IMG/VR virus record: IMGVR_UViG_3300045988_090624
Strand: one strand, 5' to 3'
Length of the DNA: 63,099 nt
Source: a virus
Shown piece after piece: positions 53,886 to 62,586 of the stretch. The notes under the pieces are model-generated. The model ran no database searches, was not told the DNA's origin, and saw only the letters and a program-made list of their open reading frames with translations. Each line of letters begins with the position of its first letter. Position 1 is the first letter of the stretch. The translations under genes and the position numbers were made by a program.

Positions 53886-54208
53886 TAGTAGATATTCTGG
53901 GAACTGAGTATACAGTAACAAGAAATACCTCAGCTATTGAGGGGATGGGTGCTGATGGAATTTGTCAGGCATACAATAGAAAAATTATTTACAGAGATCT
54001 TAAGGATTTTCTGGAGGATATAGACTCAGTATCAGCAAAGAAGTTAAGAAGAGATGAGGTAATAAGACATGAGGTTATTCATGCTTTCTTTGCTGAGTCT
54101 GGCTTATCAAAGTATGGAGATGATGAGGTACTTGTAGACTGGATAGCTAAGCAGATGCCTAAGATCAATGAGGCAGTAAATAAGATCTTAAAATCTGAGG
54201 AGGATTAG
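53882..54208 (+). CDS. Small HExxH protein (putative minimal Zn-metallopeptidase-like)
   Basis: A RHEVIHAFF motif in a 108-aa protein. Confidence 0.4.
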   Translation: MIVDILGTEYTVTRNTSAIEGMGADGICQAYNRKIIYRDLKDFLEDIDSVSAKKLRRDEVIRHEVIHAFFAESGLSKYGDDEVLVDWIAKQMPKINEAVNKILKSEED

Positions 54209-54212
54209 ATAA

Positions 54213-54665
54213 ATGTCAAGTGGTGGAAAATTAAGAAAAATGGTATCAAGATACAAAGAGGCTCAGATGGTTGAGGATATGATCCGTGAGGAAATGGAGC
54301 ACTCAAAGGAGAAAGAGAAATCTGAGGAATATGAGGATATTCCTGTACATGGTTATTATATTTATGAGTGCCGGGAGTGTGGAGCTGTTTATAAAATGTG
54401 GCTTGAAAAGGGCTTAGAGGATACAGTACAGGATAAGAAGTATCCAGAAAAACACAAGCCTGTACCTTTTGGGATCAGATGTAAATGTGGTAGCTTTGAC
54501 TGTTTTCATATTTTATGGGGATTTGAAGCTACTGAGGAGTATGATCTCCTCAAAAAGGGAGAGAGTTACTTTAAGAATGATCCTAAAGAGAAGTGTGGAG
54601 TTCCTGTATTGCAAAAGGCGTATCCTGATAGACACGCCTTTATACGTGAGTATGTAGGAAAGTAG
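54213..54665 (+). CDS. Zinc-ribbon-containing protein
   Basis: CRECGAVY...CKCGSFDC. Confidence 0.5.
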   Translation: MSSGGKLRKMVSRYKEAQMVEDMIREEMEHSKEKEKSEEYEDIPVHGYYIYECRECGAVYKMWLEKGLEDTVQDKKYPEKHKPVPFGIRCKCGSFDCFHILWGFEATEEYDLLKKGESYFKNDPKEKCGVPVLQKAYPDRHAFIREYVGK

Positions 54666-54673
54666 GGAGAGCT

Positions 54674-54928
54674 ATGGATTTTATGGATAAAACTAACGCT
54701 TTCCTTGAGAAGCTGGAAGAGTCCGGGATCAGTATATCTAATCAGGACGGGGAAACGGCTGTAATCTGTGAGGATTGTGTAGCAGTAATAAGTAAATCAG
54801 GAGATAAGGTAGCAGTTGACTTTGTAAATCAGATAGAGCGGCTGGACTACAGAGTAGGATTTACTGAGAAAGATGTGGAGGATTTTATGATCCTTGAGGA
54901 GCTTATGGGAGGTGCTGATAATGTCTGA
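54674..54928 (+). CDS. Hypothetical acidic protein
   Basis: Co-directional. Confidence 0.45.
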   Translation: MDFMDKTNAFLEKLEESGISISNQDGETAVICEDCVAVISKSGDKVAVDFVNQIERLDYRVGFTEKDVEDFMILEELMGGADNV

Positions 54929-55931
54929 GATTGATGATCTGGTAGCAAGTGTAAATAAGAAGTATAAAACAAACATTGTGAGAAAAGCCTCTGAGCTCAA
55001 GAGTGTGGAGTTTATCCCGTATACCTCTCCTAAAATGAACTATCTTACAAGAGGGGGAGTCCCGGTAGGAAGAATGATAGAGCTTGTAGGACTCCCTCAG
55101 AGTGGTAAAACTACTACAGCTCTGGACATTATCTCTAATTTCCAGAAAAAGTATCCTGATAAATACTGTGTGTATCTGGATGCTGAGAATACCATAGATA
55201 AAGAATGGGGGGAGGCTCTGGGAGTAGATTGGAGTAAGGTTATCCTGATCCAGCCGGAGAGTGAATATGGAGAGGAGCTCTTGGATATGCTCTTAGATTA
55301 TATCAAGTCTGGTAAGGTAGGCTTAGCAGTCTTAGACAGTGCTCCTTTTATCGTACCTAAGGCAGTACAGGAGAAAGGGCTGGATGAGAAAAGCTATGGA
55401 GGTAACAGTGCTCTTATGAAAGCCTTTTGTGATAAGGCTGTACCTCTCTGTAAGAAAGCTGAGTGTACTTTCCTGATGATTAACCAGCTCAGGGAGAATA
55501 TTGGAAATATGTACAAGCCGTATAAAATCCCTTGCGGTACAGCAATAGCTCACGCTTGCTCACAGATCTTATGGTTTACAAAGGGATCCTTACTTGATGA
55601 GAAAGGTGATGAGAAAAGTAGTACATATTCGGATCCGGTAGGAAATGTGGTAAATGTCCGGGTGGAAAAGAATAAGGTTACAAAGAATGACAGGAGACTG
55701 GACAGCTACACTCTTAATTATTTCCGTGGAGTAGATGATGGTACAGATACTATTGATCTGGGGATAAAGCTGGGAGTTATTGAACAGTCTAACTCATGGT
55801 TTAAGGTTCCTGTTAGTGATGGATCAGAGAAGAAGCTACAGGGCAGAGCTGGAGTAATCAATTACTTTTACAATGATCTGGATGAGTTTGAGTGGTTAAA
55901 GGGGAAAGTAAATGAGAGAGCAATACAATGA
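54921..55931 (+). CDS. RecA-family recombinase
   Basis: GGVPVGRMIELVGLPQSGKTTTAL is a RecA-type Walker A context, and LAVLDS is Walker B. ATG 54921 is preferred. Confidence 0.75.
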   Translation: MSEIDDLVASVNKKYKTNIVRKASELKSVEFIPYTSPKMNYLTRGGVPVGRMIELVGLPQSGKTTTALDIISNFQKKYPDKYCVYLDAENTIDKEWGEALGVDWSKVILIQPESEYGEELLDMLLDYIKSGKVGLAVLDSAPFIVPKAVQEKGLDEKSYGGNSALMKAFCDKAVPLCKKAECTFLMINQLRENIGNMYKPYKIPCGTAIAHACSQILWFTKGSLLDEKGDEKSSTYSDPVGNVVNVRVEKNKVTKNDRRLDSYTLNYFRGVDDGTDTIDLGIKLGVIEQSNSWFKVPVSDGSEKKLQGRAGVINYFYNDLDEFEWLKGKVNERAIQ

Positions 55932-56148
55932 TTTAACGGCTAAAAAGATAGGATCCAGACTGAGGCAGATAAGAGAGGGAAGAGGACTCACACAAAAAGA
56001 GGTAGCAGATGGGGCTCAGATAACTGAGGTAAGCCTTAGTAGATATGAGAATGGTGAGAGGGTTCCTAAAATAACTGTTTTCTTTAAAATTTGTAATGTG
56101 TTATGGGTGTCTATGGATAGTGTTATTGAGTATTGTATGAAGAATTAG
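55912..56148 (+). CDS. XRE-family HTH protein
   Basis: LRQIREGRGLTQKEVADGAQITEVSLSRYENGERVP. Confidence 0.7.
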   Translation: MREQYNDLTAKKIGSRLRQIREGRGLTQKEVADGAQITEVSLSRYENGERVPKITVFFKICNVLWVSMDSVIEYCMKN

Positions 56149-56173
56149 GAGGAGCTGAGAGGCTCCTCTTTTT
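56149..56173 (+). terminator. Rho-independent terminator
   Basis: GAGGAGC pairs with GCTCCTC, followed by TTTTT. Confidence 0.65.
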
Positions 56174-56218
56174 GTGAGGAGAACAAAAAGAAAGTTTTAA
56201 AAACCTATATAATATCTA

Positions 56219-56246
56219 TTGACATATTAACAAAAAGATGTATAAT
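56219..56246 (+). promoter_or_regulatory. Sigma-A-type promoter
   Basis: TTGACA-N16-TATAAT. It shares CAAAAAGATGTATAATA with the integrase promoter. TATAATATCT is also repeated at 56208. Confidence 0.65.
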
Positions 56247-56292
56247 ATCTCTTGTAAGGAGCAATATATAAAAAAAATCGGAGGTAAGAGAT

Positions 56293-56829
56293 ATGAGATA
56301 TAAAAATAGTGATGATAACAGATACAGAGTACAGTTTATGGTAGCAACAGAGAAACTTATGGATCAGCTTACAGTTAAAGAGTTTATCTCTTATCTGGAA
56401 GAAAATGCAGAGTTTGAAGATTATACAGTAGAGTACATTGACGGAAAATGTGTTAATTGTAGAGCTTATGATCTTAAAGAAGCTGACAGCAATTTACACA
56501 AAGAGTTCTTAGTAACAGAGGACGATAGAGTATTTTACTGGAGATCATTAAATTGTAAGGTTGAGTTAGTAGACCGGGAGGAAAAGATGGAAATTAAAAG
56601 ATTAAAAAATGTTAAGTTTGGTACAAAGGAGCTCCATGTGGTTGTTACAGGTTGGGCTTTCTATGTAAAAGGTAAAGGCTATATAGCTTACAGCTCAAAT
56701 AGAGATAAATATGGTATCTTAGCCCCTTATATTCCTTGTGGAGGGAAAAGAGCTTTACAGGCTATCTTAAATGCCGGAGGATTTACCAGTTTTGAGGGTA
56801 TGGAATATGTAAAGGAGTTGGGAGCCTGA
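56293..56829 (+). CDS. Hypothetical protein
   Basis: RBS GGAGG. First gene after the sigma-A promoter. Confidence 0.6.
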   Translation: MRYKNSDDNRYRVQFMVATEKLMDQLTVKEFISYLEENAEFEDYTVEYIDGKCVNCRAYDLKEADSNLHKEFLVTEDDRVFYWRSLNCKVELVDREEKMEIKRLKNVKFGTKELHVVVTGWAFYVKGKGYIAYSSNRDKYGILAPYIPCGGKRALQAILNAGGFTSFEGMEYVKELGA

Positions 56830-56843
56830 GGGCTCCCGGAAAG

Positions 56844-57170
56844 GTGGATAGTATGTTTAGAGTTTTGTTGGTAGACGAAGTAAATGGAAATCAGTATAAT
56901 AGATTTGAAAGTGAGGATCTTTTTACTTGTGAGGTTATTGCAGATCAGAGAAAGTATGATGCTCCTAAAGGTTGTCATTATGAAATTGTAAGTGAGTTAG
57001 CTGAGGAGCTGGAGGATGAGATTAACAAATTACATATTTTAGCTGAGATGATTCCTGAGGAGGAGTTAAGAGCTGAGGTATCTAAGATGATTTTTAAGAT
57101 CTCAGAGGCTTGCATAGATAGAAAGATTACTGAGAGCGAAAATGATAAGTTGGTAGATATGCTACGATAA
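56844..57170 (+). CDS. Hypothetical acidic protein
   Basis: GTG start. Co-directional. Confidence 0.5.
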   Translation: MDSMFRVLLVDEVNGNQYNRFESEDLFTCEVIADQRKYDAPKGCHYEIVSELAEELEDEINKLHILAEMIPEEELRAEVSKMIFKISEACIDRKITESENDKLVDMLR

Positions 57171-57194
57171 ATAGAGGGAAAGGGAGGATTTGAT

Positions 57195-57404
57195 ATGAGA
57201 ATATCTGAGGCAAGAAAATTAAAGGAGGGGGACATTGTTATAACTCCTCATGGTTTTCCTTTAACGGTGTGTTCTATTAGTGAGTTTAATTCTCCTCTGG
57301 GTAGAAACACTATTGTTTATGTAAAAGGTAAGACTGATAATGGTGGGTTGATGAAATTTAGCCACAAAGAGCTGAAATTGGAGGGGAGTCATGAGAATAG
57401 ATGA
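57195..57404 (+). CDS. Hypothetical protein
   Basis: RBS GGGAGG. Confidence 0.5.
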   Translation: MRISEARKLKEGDIVITPHGFPLTVCSISEFNSPLGRNTIVYVKGKTDNGGLMKFSHKELKLEGSHENR

Positions 57405-57840
57405 AAGAGAGGAACTGTATAAGAAAATCTATAAAAACAGTCCGGCTATAGATCCTGTAGTAAGTCTTATGAATAAAACAGACTGGGTAACAGGAGATCC
57501 TTTTGAGAAACTGGAGGCACTGAGAGAGCTTAATACAGATCTCTCAGACCTCTATCAAGTATCTATACCGGTTATAACAGTCTGGGTAAGGGATGATAAC
57601 TATGTACAGGCTACAGGAGAGATCTATCTTACTGAGCCTGATCTTGAGAGTTTCTTACATCAGTTCAGACACCACTTGCAGAACATAGAGAGAAAGTATG
57701 AGAGGCGTGGGCTGACCGCTGAGGGAGCCGGGAGAGAATACTGGAGAGTACCATATCAGGACTGTATATACAGAATGTATGGAGAGGATGATAGTAGGGC
57801 GTGGGCTCGTTTTGTGATTGATACGGCGGTAAATAAGTAG
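57391..57840 (+). CDS. Hypothetical protein
   Basis: Overlapping start. Co-directional. Confidence 0.5.
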   Translation: MRIDEREELYKKIYKNSPAIDPVVSLMNKTDWVTGDPFEKLEALRELNTDLSDLYQVSIPVITVWVRDDNYVQATGEIYLTEPDLESFLHQFRHHLQNIERKYERRGLTAEGAGREYWRVPYQDCIYRMYGEDDSRAWARFVIDTAVNK

Positions 57841-57846
57841 TATAAT
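57818..57846 (+). promoter_or_regulatory. Sigma-A-type promoter for the secreted-protein gene
   Basis: TTGATA-N17-TATAAT, overlapping the 3' end of the upstream gene. Confidence 0.6.
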
Positions 57847-57883
57847 GAGGAATATATTGAGGGATATACAGGAGGTATAATTT

Positions 57884-58387
57884 ATGAGTAAGAAAATTTT
57901 AGCTGTAGTGTTATCAGTAGCGTTAAGTGTGCCTTTTGGTACTACAGTAATGGCTCAGGAAGATAACTCAAAAAGAATTGCAGAGATTGAGGCTCAGATT
58001 GCAGAATTACAAGCAGAGCTAAAGGAACTGAAAGGAGAAGAGGCTGAGAATGGGGTATTGTATCAGGATGATCTCTTATCTATTACCTATGATGGAATGA
58101 AAGAGAGCAATATGGGATACAAGGTTAATTTTGTGATAGAAAATACCTCAGATCAGAAACTCACAGTACAGGTTAGAGATACGTCCATTAACGGGGTTAT
58201 GATAGATCCTATGTGTTCTATAGAGGTTGCTCCGGGAAAGAAAGCTAAGGACGGTTTTACAGTCTTTGGGGAAGATGCTGAGGAAAATCCTATGGATGAT
58301 GTAGAAAATATAGAGACAAAATTCCACATAATCAAGGGTGATGGATTTTCAGATTACATAGATACAGACAATATTGTAATTAAATAA
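57884..58387 (+). CDS. Secreted protein (signal peptide, coiled coil, beta-rich domain); moron candidate
   Basis: MSKKILAVVLSVALSVPFGTTVMA/QED looks like a Sec signal peptide. AEIEAQIAELQAELKELKGEE is a coiled coil. Confidence 0.65.
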   Translation: MSKKILAVVLSVALSVPFGTTVMAQEDNSKRIAEIEAQIAELQAELKELKGEEAENGVLYQDDLLSITYDGMKESNMGYKVNFVIENTSDQKLTVQVRDTSINGVMIDPMCSIEVAPGKKAKDGFTVFGEDAEENPMDDVENIETKFHIIKGDGFSDYIDTDNIVIK

Positions 58388-58400
58388 TAGTGAGAAATTT

Positions 58401-58432
58401 AGGAAGATCTTTAGAGATCTTCCTTTTTTTTT
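58401..58432 (+). terminator. Rho-independent terminator
   Basis: AGGAAGATCT pairs with AGATCTTCCT (10 bp), followed by T10. Confidence 0.8.
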
Positions 58433-58465
58433 TGTCTAAAAGTTGAGGAGATTCTGGTTACTACT
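58433..58465 (+). promoter_or_regulatory. Conserved element A, copy 11
   Basis: TGTCTAAA at 58433 and GGTTACTACT at 58456. The downstream CTCTATGAGAA is shared with copy 7. Confidence 0.55.
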
Positions 58466-58581
58466 CTATGAGAAAGGAGTTGAGGCAGTAAATGAGAGTC
58501 TGGACTGGGTAAAAAGGAGATCATGATTAAGTTAAAGCGGATCCGTCAAAATATAAATAATAACCTGTAGGAGGGTATGAG

Positions 58582-59133
58582 ATGAGAGCAAGAGTGATTG
58601 TTACAAAGAAATGTAACCGGAAGTGTAAGGGATGCTGTAATGAAAGACTGGGCTTAATTGATAAGGTGAGCTTTGAGGATCTTTTCAAGTATGAGGAGAT
58701 TTGTATTACCGGGGGAGAGCCTATGTTAATGTCTGAGCGTGTAGTGGAAATGATCCACAGATTACGCTTACAGGGATATACAGGTAAGATCTGGCTCTAT
58801 ACAGCAAGTAGCAGAAAGTTAAAAAGCTACTGGGCTTGTAAGATGCTGATTGATGCTGTGGACGGTATTACTTATACAATTCATCATGGAAAAATGGAGA
58901 CAGTAAAGAGGGATCTTACTGATCTGAGACATTTAGATACATACCTGAAAGAGTCTGACAGATCCGGTAAATCAGACAGATTATACATTGATAGCCGGGT
59001 ATTTAATCAGGATTATGTAGACAGTCTGGGATATAGCTGGGATGTGATTAAGTCTCTTAAGTGGAGTATGGATGATTGTCCATTACCTGAGGGAGAGGAG
59101 CTTGTATATTATGATCTGGAGGCTGAGGGATAA
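58582..59133 (+). CDS. Small radical SAM protein
   Basis: Canonical CxxxCxxC (CNRKCKGC) and ITGGEPML. Confidence 0.7.
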   Translation: MRARVIVTKKCNRKCKGCCNERLGLIDKVSFEDLFKYEEICITGGEPMLMSERVVEMIHRLRLQGYTGKIWLYTASSRKLKSYWACKMLIDAVDGITYTIHHGKMETVKRDLTDLRHLDTYLKESDRSGKSDRLYIDSRVFNQDYVDSLGYSWDVIKSLKWSMDDCPLPEGEELVYYDLEAEG

Positions 59134-59423
59134 TGAGTGTAAAGGAGTTAATGGATCTCATTGTAGCCGCCATAGGTGATTTACAGGGATTGTGTAAAAG
59201 TTACATAGGAGTTCCTTATACAGCTTGTACAGTGGAGGAATTTTCTCATAGATGTTTTCTTATTCTTGAGAGATATAATTTACATTTGAGAAAAGTGTTG
59301 GGGATAGAGTTGTATTTAGTTGTCGGGGCTAATTTTGATGATTTTAATACAATTAGTGCATATTTAAACTTGAGGAAATCAGTGGGAGTAGTAGTGGAGG
59401 TGAATAACAATGCGTTACCATAA
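59133..59423 (+). CDS. Hypothetical protein
   Basis: ATGA-type overlap between the two radical SAM genes. Confidence 0.45.
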   Translation: MSVKELMDLIVAAIGDLQGLCKSYIGVPYTACTVEEFSHRCFLILERYNLHLRKVLGIELYLVVGANFDDFNTISAYLNLRKSVGVVVEVNNNALP

Positions 59424-59946
59424 TATTACTAAGGACGATATGTTAAACGGGGACGGATTAAGAGCTGTCCTCTGGTTAGCCGGATGTGAACATCATTGTA
59501 AAGGCTGTCAGAATCCTATTACATGGGATCCTAAAGGCGGTATAGAGTTTGATGAGGCGGCAAAGGCTGAGTTATTTGAGCTGTTAGAGAAAGATTACAT
59601 CTCAGGTATAACATTCTCTGGAGGAGATCCTTTAGCTCCTTACAATGCTCCTGAGGTAGAAGAGCTCATTGAGGAGATAAAAGGGAAGTATCCGGGGAAA
59701 ACAATATGGATTTATACAGGGTATATGTGGGAGGAAATCTTGTGGTTATATCCTGAGATCCTGAGAAAGATTGATGTACTGGTAGATGGTGAGTATGTGG
59801 AATACCTTAGAGATCCCTCTCTGAGATGGGTTGGATCAGCGAACCAGAGAGTTATTGATGTACAGAAAAGTTTAAAGAGAGTGGGGGTTGTTTTACATGG
59901 AATACATGAACAGGGCAGAACGCCGGAGAGCGAAGAGACAAGGTGA
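59410..59946 (+). CDS. nrdG: Anaerobic ribonucleotide reductase activating protein (NrdG-like radical SAM)
   Basis: NGDGLRAVLWLAGCEHHCKGCQNP...FSGGDPL matches the NrdG pattern. Confidence 0.8.
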   Translation: MRYHNITKDDMLNGDGLRAVLWLAGCEHHCKGCQNPITWDPKGGIEFDEAAKAELFELLEKDYISGITFSGGDPLAPYNAPEVEELIEEIKGKYPGKTIWIYTGYMWEEILWLYPEILRKIDVLVDGEYVEYLRDPSLRWVGSANQRVIDVQKSLKRVGVVLHGIHEQGRTPESEETR

Positions 59947-60565
59947 GAAAGTAAGTAAGCCGCCTGTATATAACTATACTCCCGGAACCTTAAGAAATCA
60001 GCTTGATTATGAGGCAAAGGCTGACGTAAGAGAGAAGCTCAAAAAGGTTAGAGAAGAGGCTACAGCGGATGCTATCAATACAGCTATGATGCTTTTACTT
60101 ACTCTCCCCTGTAATGTGCTCATAGATAAATACTGGAAAGATGAGCCGGAAAAGGTACAGGAGTTTCTTGATACAGTTCTGGATCAGTATACACGCTGGC
60201 AGAATGGAGAGCTTGATATAAATAAACTGAGAGCGGATCTGTGGGAGATTGGTGGTATCAGACTGGAGGAAAAGACAGTGGGTTATAAGAATCAGAAAGA
60301 TCTGGATAAGATCAATGAGAAGTTAAGAGCCATAAGAGAGGACTTAGAGATCACACGGATCACAGCCGGAGGTGATAAGGTTATACAGTCTGTAGGGCTT
60401 ACTGTAAAAGAAAAGGGTAATAAGGATCTTATTAAGAAATTGAAAGATCTGGGATTTGAAAAGAAAAGAAGAAAGAAAGTAGTTGAGAGAGGCACTGATA
60501 CAAATTATGCCGGATACTCTTATTTGCTGATTATGGAGAAAGATCTTTTAGGAGGAACTGAGTAA
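59897..60565 (+). CDS. Hypothetical protein
   Basis: Overlaps the nrdG end. ATG 59897 or 59906 are the likely starts. Confidence 0.5.
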   Translation: MEYMNRAERRRAKRQGEKVSKPPVYNYTPGTLRNQLDYEAKADVREKLKKVREEATADAINTAMMLLLTLPCNVLIDKYWKDEPEKVQEFLDTVLDQYTRWQNGELDINKLRADLWEIGGIRLEEKTVGYKNQKDLDKINEKLRAIREDLEITRITAGGDKVIQSVGLTVKEKGNKDLIKKLKDLGFEKKRRKKVVERGTDTNYAGYSYLLIMEKDLLGGTE

Positions 60566-60786
60566 TGAAAAGAGGAGAATACTACAGAGGAAGAAATGGG
60601 AGAAAGTACGGGATCTGGAATACAGCAAAGAAATGTTTTCAGTTCGGTATATCTGAGGACAGCCCTATGTTAGCTGAGGCAAGACTCTTTTATATGATTG
60701 GTGATGATGCCCGTAAGTGGAGATTTACAGTAAAAGCAATACCTGTAGAAGAGGTGGGAAAGTATGAACACAAGAAAGCTGAGTGA
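60565..60786 (+). CDS. Hypothetical protein
   Basis: Stop/start overlap (TAATG) with the previous gene. Confidence 0.5.
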   Translation: MKRGEYYRGRNGRKYGIWNTAKKCFQFGISEDSPMLAEARLFYMIGDDARKWRFTVKAIPVEEVGKYEHKKAE

Positions 60787-61192
60787 TAAACAGGAGAAAA
60801 GGCTTGCAAAGAACATAGGAGGGAGACAGGTGATAGGATCCGGCTCTACTCCTTTCCTGAAAGGGGATGTAATTACCTCAGATCTCTTTATAGAGGCAAA
60901 GACAAAGGCAGTAGAGAGTAAATCTATCTCAGTTAAAAAAGCGTGGTTAGAAAAGGCTCAGGAGCAAGCCTACAGCATGAGAAAGAAAGACTATGCTTTA
61001 GCTATCTCTTTTGGAGATGGGAAAGACTATTATGTGATTGAGGATAGTCTTATGGAGGATCTATATAAGAGTAGAGCGGCTCTGGAGGCTGTAATTGAGT
61101 CTCTGGGAGGCTTAGAGGATCCGTTAGTGGATTTACCAGATTTGAAAGCAAAAGGTGTAAGAGCGTTGATAAGGAGGAAACTGAGGCAATGA
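60764..61192 (+). CDS. Putative PD-(D/E)XK endonuclease (resolvase-like)
   Basis: GSGSTPFLKGDVITSDLFIEAKTK has a D...ExK pattern. Confidence 0.4.
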   Translation: MNTRKLSDKQEKRLAKNIGGRQVIGSGSTPFLKGDVITSDLFIEAKTKAVESKSISVKKAWLEKAQEQAYSMRKKDYALAISFGDGKDYYVIEDSLMEDLYKSRAALEAVIESLGGLEDPLVDLPDLKAKGVRALIRRKLRQ

Positions 61193-61350
61193 GTAAAGAG
61201 TGGTGGGGAGATGATGATAAGTGTGGAGAGTGCATTTATAACAAGTATGACAATAGAGAAAAATGTTATATTTGCTCCAATAAAGAAAGTGAAAACTACG
61301 GGCTTATGACAGCCTATGATGATTGTTGTGAGGAGTATGAGAGGAGATAA
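61189..61350 (+). CDS. Small Cys-rich protein (53 aa)
   Basis: ATGA overlap. CGEC...CYIC...CC. Too short for the ORF track. Confidence 0.4.
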   Translation: MSKEWWGDDDKCGECIYNKYDNREKCYICSNKESENYGLMTAYDDCCEEYERR

Positions 61351-61351
61351 T

Positions 61352-61519
61352 ATGGCTGAGGAAATGGTAACAATGGTAGATAACAGGAACCTGAGAGCTA
61401 TTATACATAATATTACAGGAGGAGTCTTTCTTACAAAGGCTGAGTATATTGAGATCTGTAAAATCATTGATGGAGCTTGTGAGAGAAGTATCCGGGAAGA
61501 GATGGGAGGAGTTGTATGA
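61352..61519 (+). CDS. Hypothetical small protein (55 aa)
   Basis: ATG at 61352 after GAGGAG is preferred over the longer track ORF. Confidence 0.4.
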   Translation: MAEEMVTMVDNRNLRAIIHNITGGVFLTKAEYIEICKIIDGACERSIREEMGGVV

Positions 61520-62064
61520 GTAAAAATAGAACATGGTTAAGTCATGGTATGTTATATGAGTTCAAGGGCTGGCTGGTAATGAATGGCTGGAAATTAGAGA
61601 AGCCCGTAGGAGAGTATGAAGTCCTGAGAGCAAGGCACTCTCAGAGAAAAAGACCTCTGTTAGTTTATGACAGAACCTCAGGAGGGTGTGGTTATAGCAT
61701 TGATATGAGGGATAAAGATGTAATTCAGGATTATCATGAGTACAGAGAAAAACAGGGAAAACCCTCTATCCATGCAGTACCTCAGTTAATGGAGACTTAT
61801 GAGAGAGACAGGTTAGAGGAGCCTGTGGTGGTCTTTGAGTGTGTTGAGGCGTATTCAGTACCTATGGTGGATGGTAATGATTTTGTAATAGAAAATGAGT
61901 ATATTCACATAAAGACAGGATCTTTGTGGGAGCTTGATCTTAGAGATATTTTACATGAGATCCTTAGTATTTCAGATGTTAGATTAACGGATCAGGATGG
62001 TAAGTGGATACAGATTACATGGGAAAGTTTACAGGAGTATTTTGTAGGTGTAAAGATTAAATAG
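61516..62064 (+). CDS. Hypothetical protein
   Basis: Overlapping start. Co-directional. Confidence 0.55.
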   Translation: MSKNRTWLSHGMLYEFKGWLVMNGWKLEKPVGEYEVLRARHSQRKRPLLVYDRTSGGCGYSIDMRDKDVIQDYHEYREKQGKPSIHAVPQLMETYERDRLEEPVVVFECVEAYSVPMVDGNDFVIENEYIHIKTGSLWELDLRDILHEILSISDVRLTDQDGKWIQITWESLQEYFVGVKIK

Positions 62065-62077
62065 GAGGATTATAAAC

Positions 62078-62536
62078 ATGGCATTTTTACATAAAATAAG
62101 TGGTTATCTGGTAGATATAAATGAGGAGTATTTTGAGGAGGATATTGTAACAGAGCTTGAGGAGCGGCTGGATTTGAGCTCTCAACATTTACACGTTGAG
62201 ACAGCAGAGGTAGAGGGCTGGGATGATGAGAACCCACTCAACTATAGAAATTGTGATCTTGCAGAGTGTGAGAAGTATTTTAAAGCAAATGTACATAAGG
62301 TAGACAATAATAGAAAAGTAAAGCCGGGGCAAATATGGAAACACTTTAAGACCGGGAAAAAAGTAAGGATATTAGCTGTATCTCAGGATACAGAGAGCGT
62401 AGGTAGTTACAGTGTAGTTTATGTGTGTACAGATGGCAAGGTCTGGCATAGACCTTTATGGATGTTCTTATCTGAGGTGGATCACAATAAATACCCTGAT
62501 GCGAAACAATTATACAGATTTGAATTAGTTGAGTAA
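62078..62536 (+). CDS. Protein with a C-terminal DUF1653-like domain
   Basis: KPGQIWKHFKTGKKVRILAVSQDTES...VVYVCTDGKVWHRPLWMFLSEV resembles DUF1653. Confidence 0.55.
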   Translation: MAFLHKISGYLVDINEEYFEEDIVTELEERLDLSSQHLHVETAEVEGWDDENPLNYRNCDLAECEKYFKANVHKVDNNRKVKPGQIWKHFKTGKKVRILAVSQDTESVGSYSVVYVCTDGKVWHRPLWMFLSEVDHNKYPDAKQLYRFELVE

Positions 62537-62586
62537 TCCGTGAGGAAGTGTAAGAGAGAAATCTTTTACACTTTTTCTTTTTGTTA

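Noticed and set aside
58466-58581. Tiny upstream ORFs (6 aa and 15 aa, MIKLKRIRQNINNNL) in the leader of the radical-SAM operon as possible leader peptides
   Set aside because: They are too short to support from sequence alone. Only one has a plausible RBS, and no attenuator-like alternative structures were evident.
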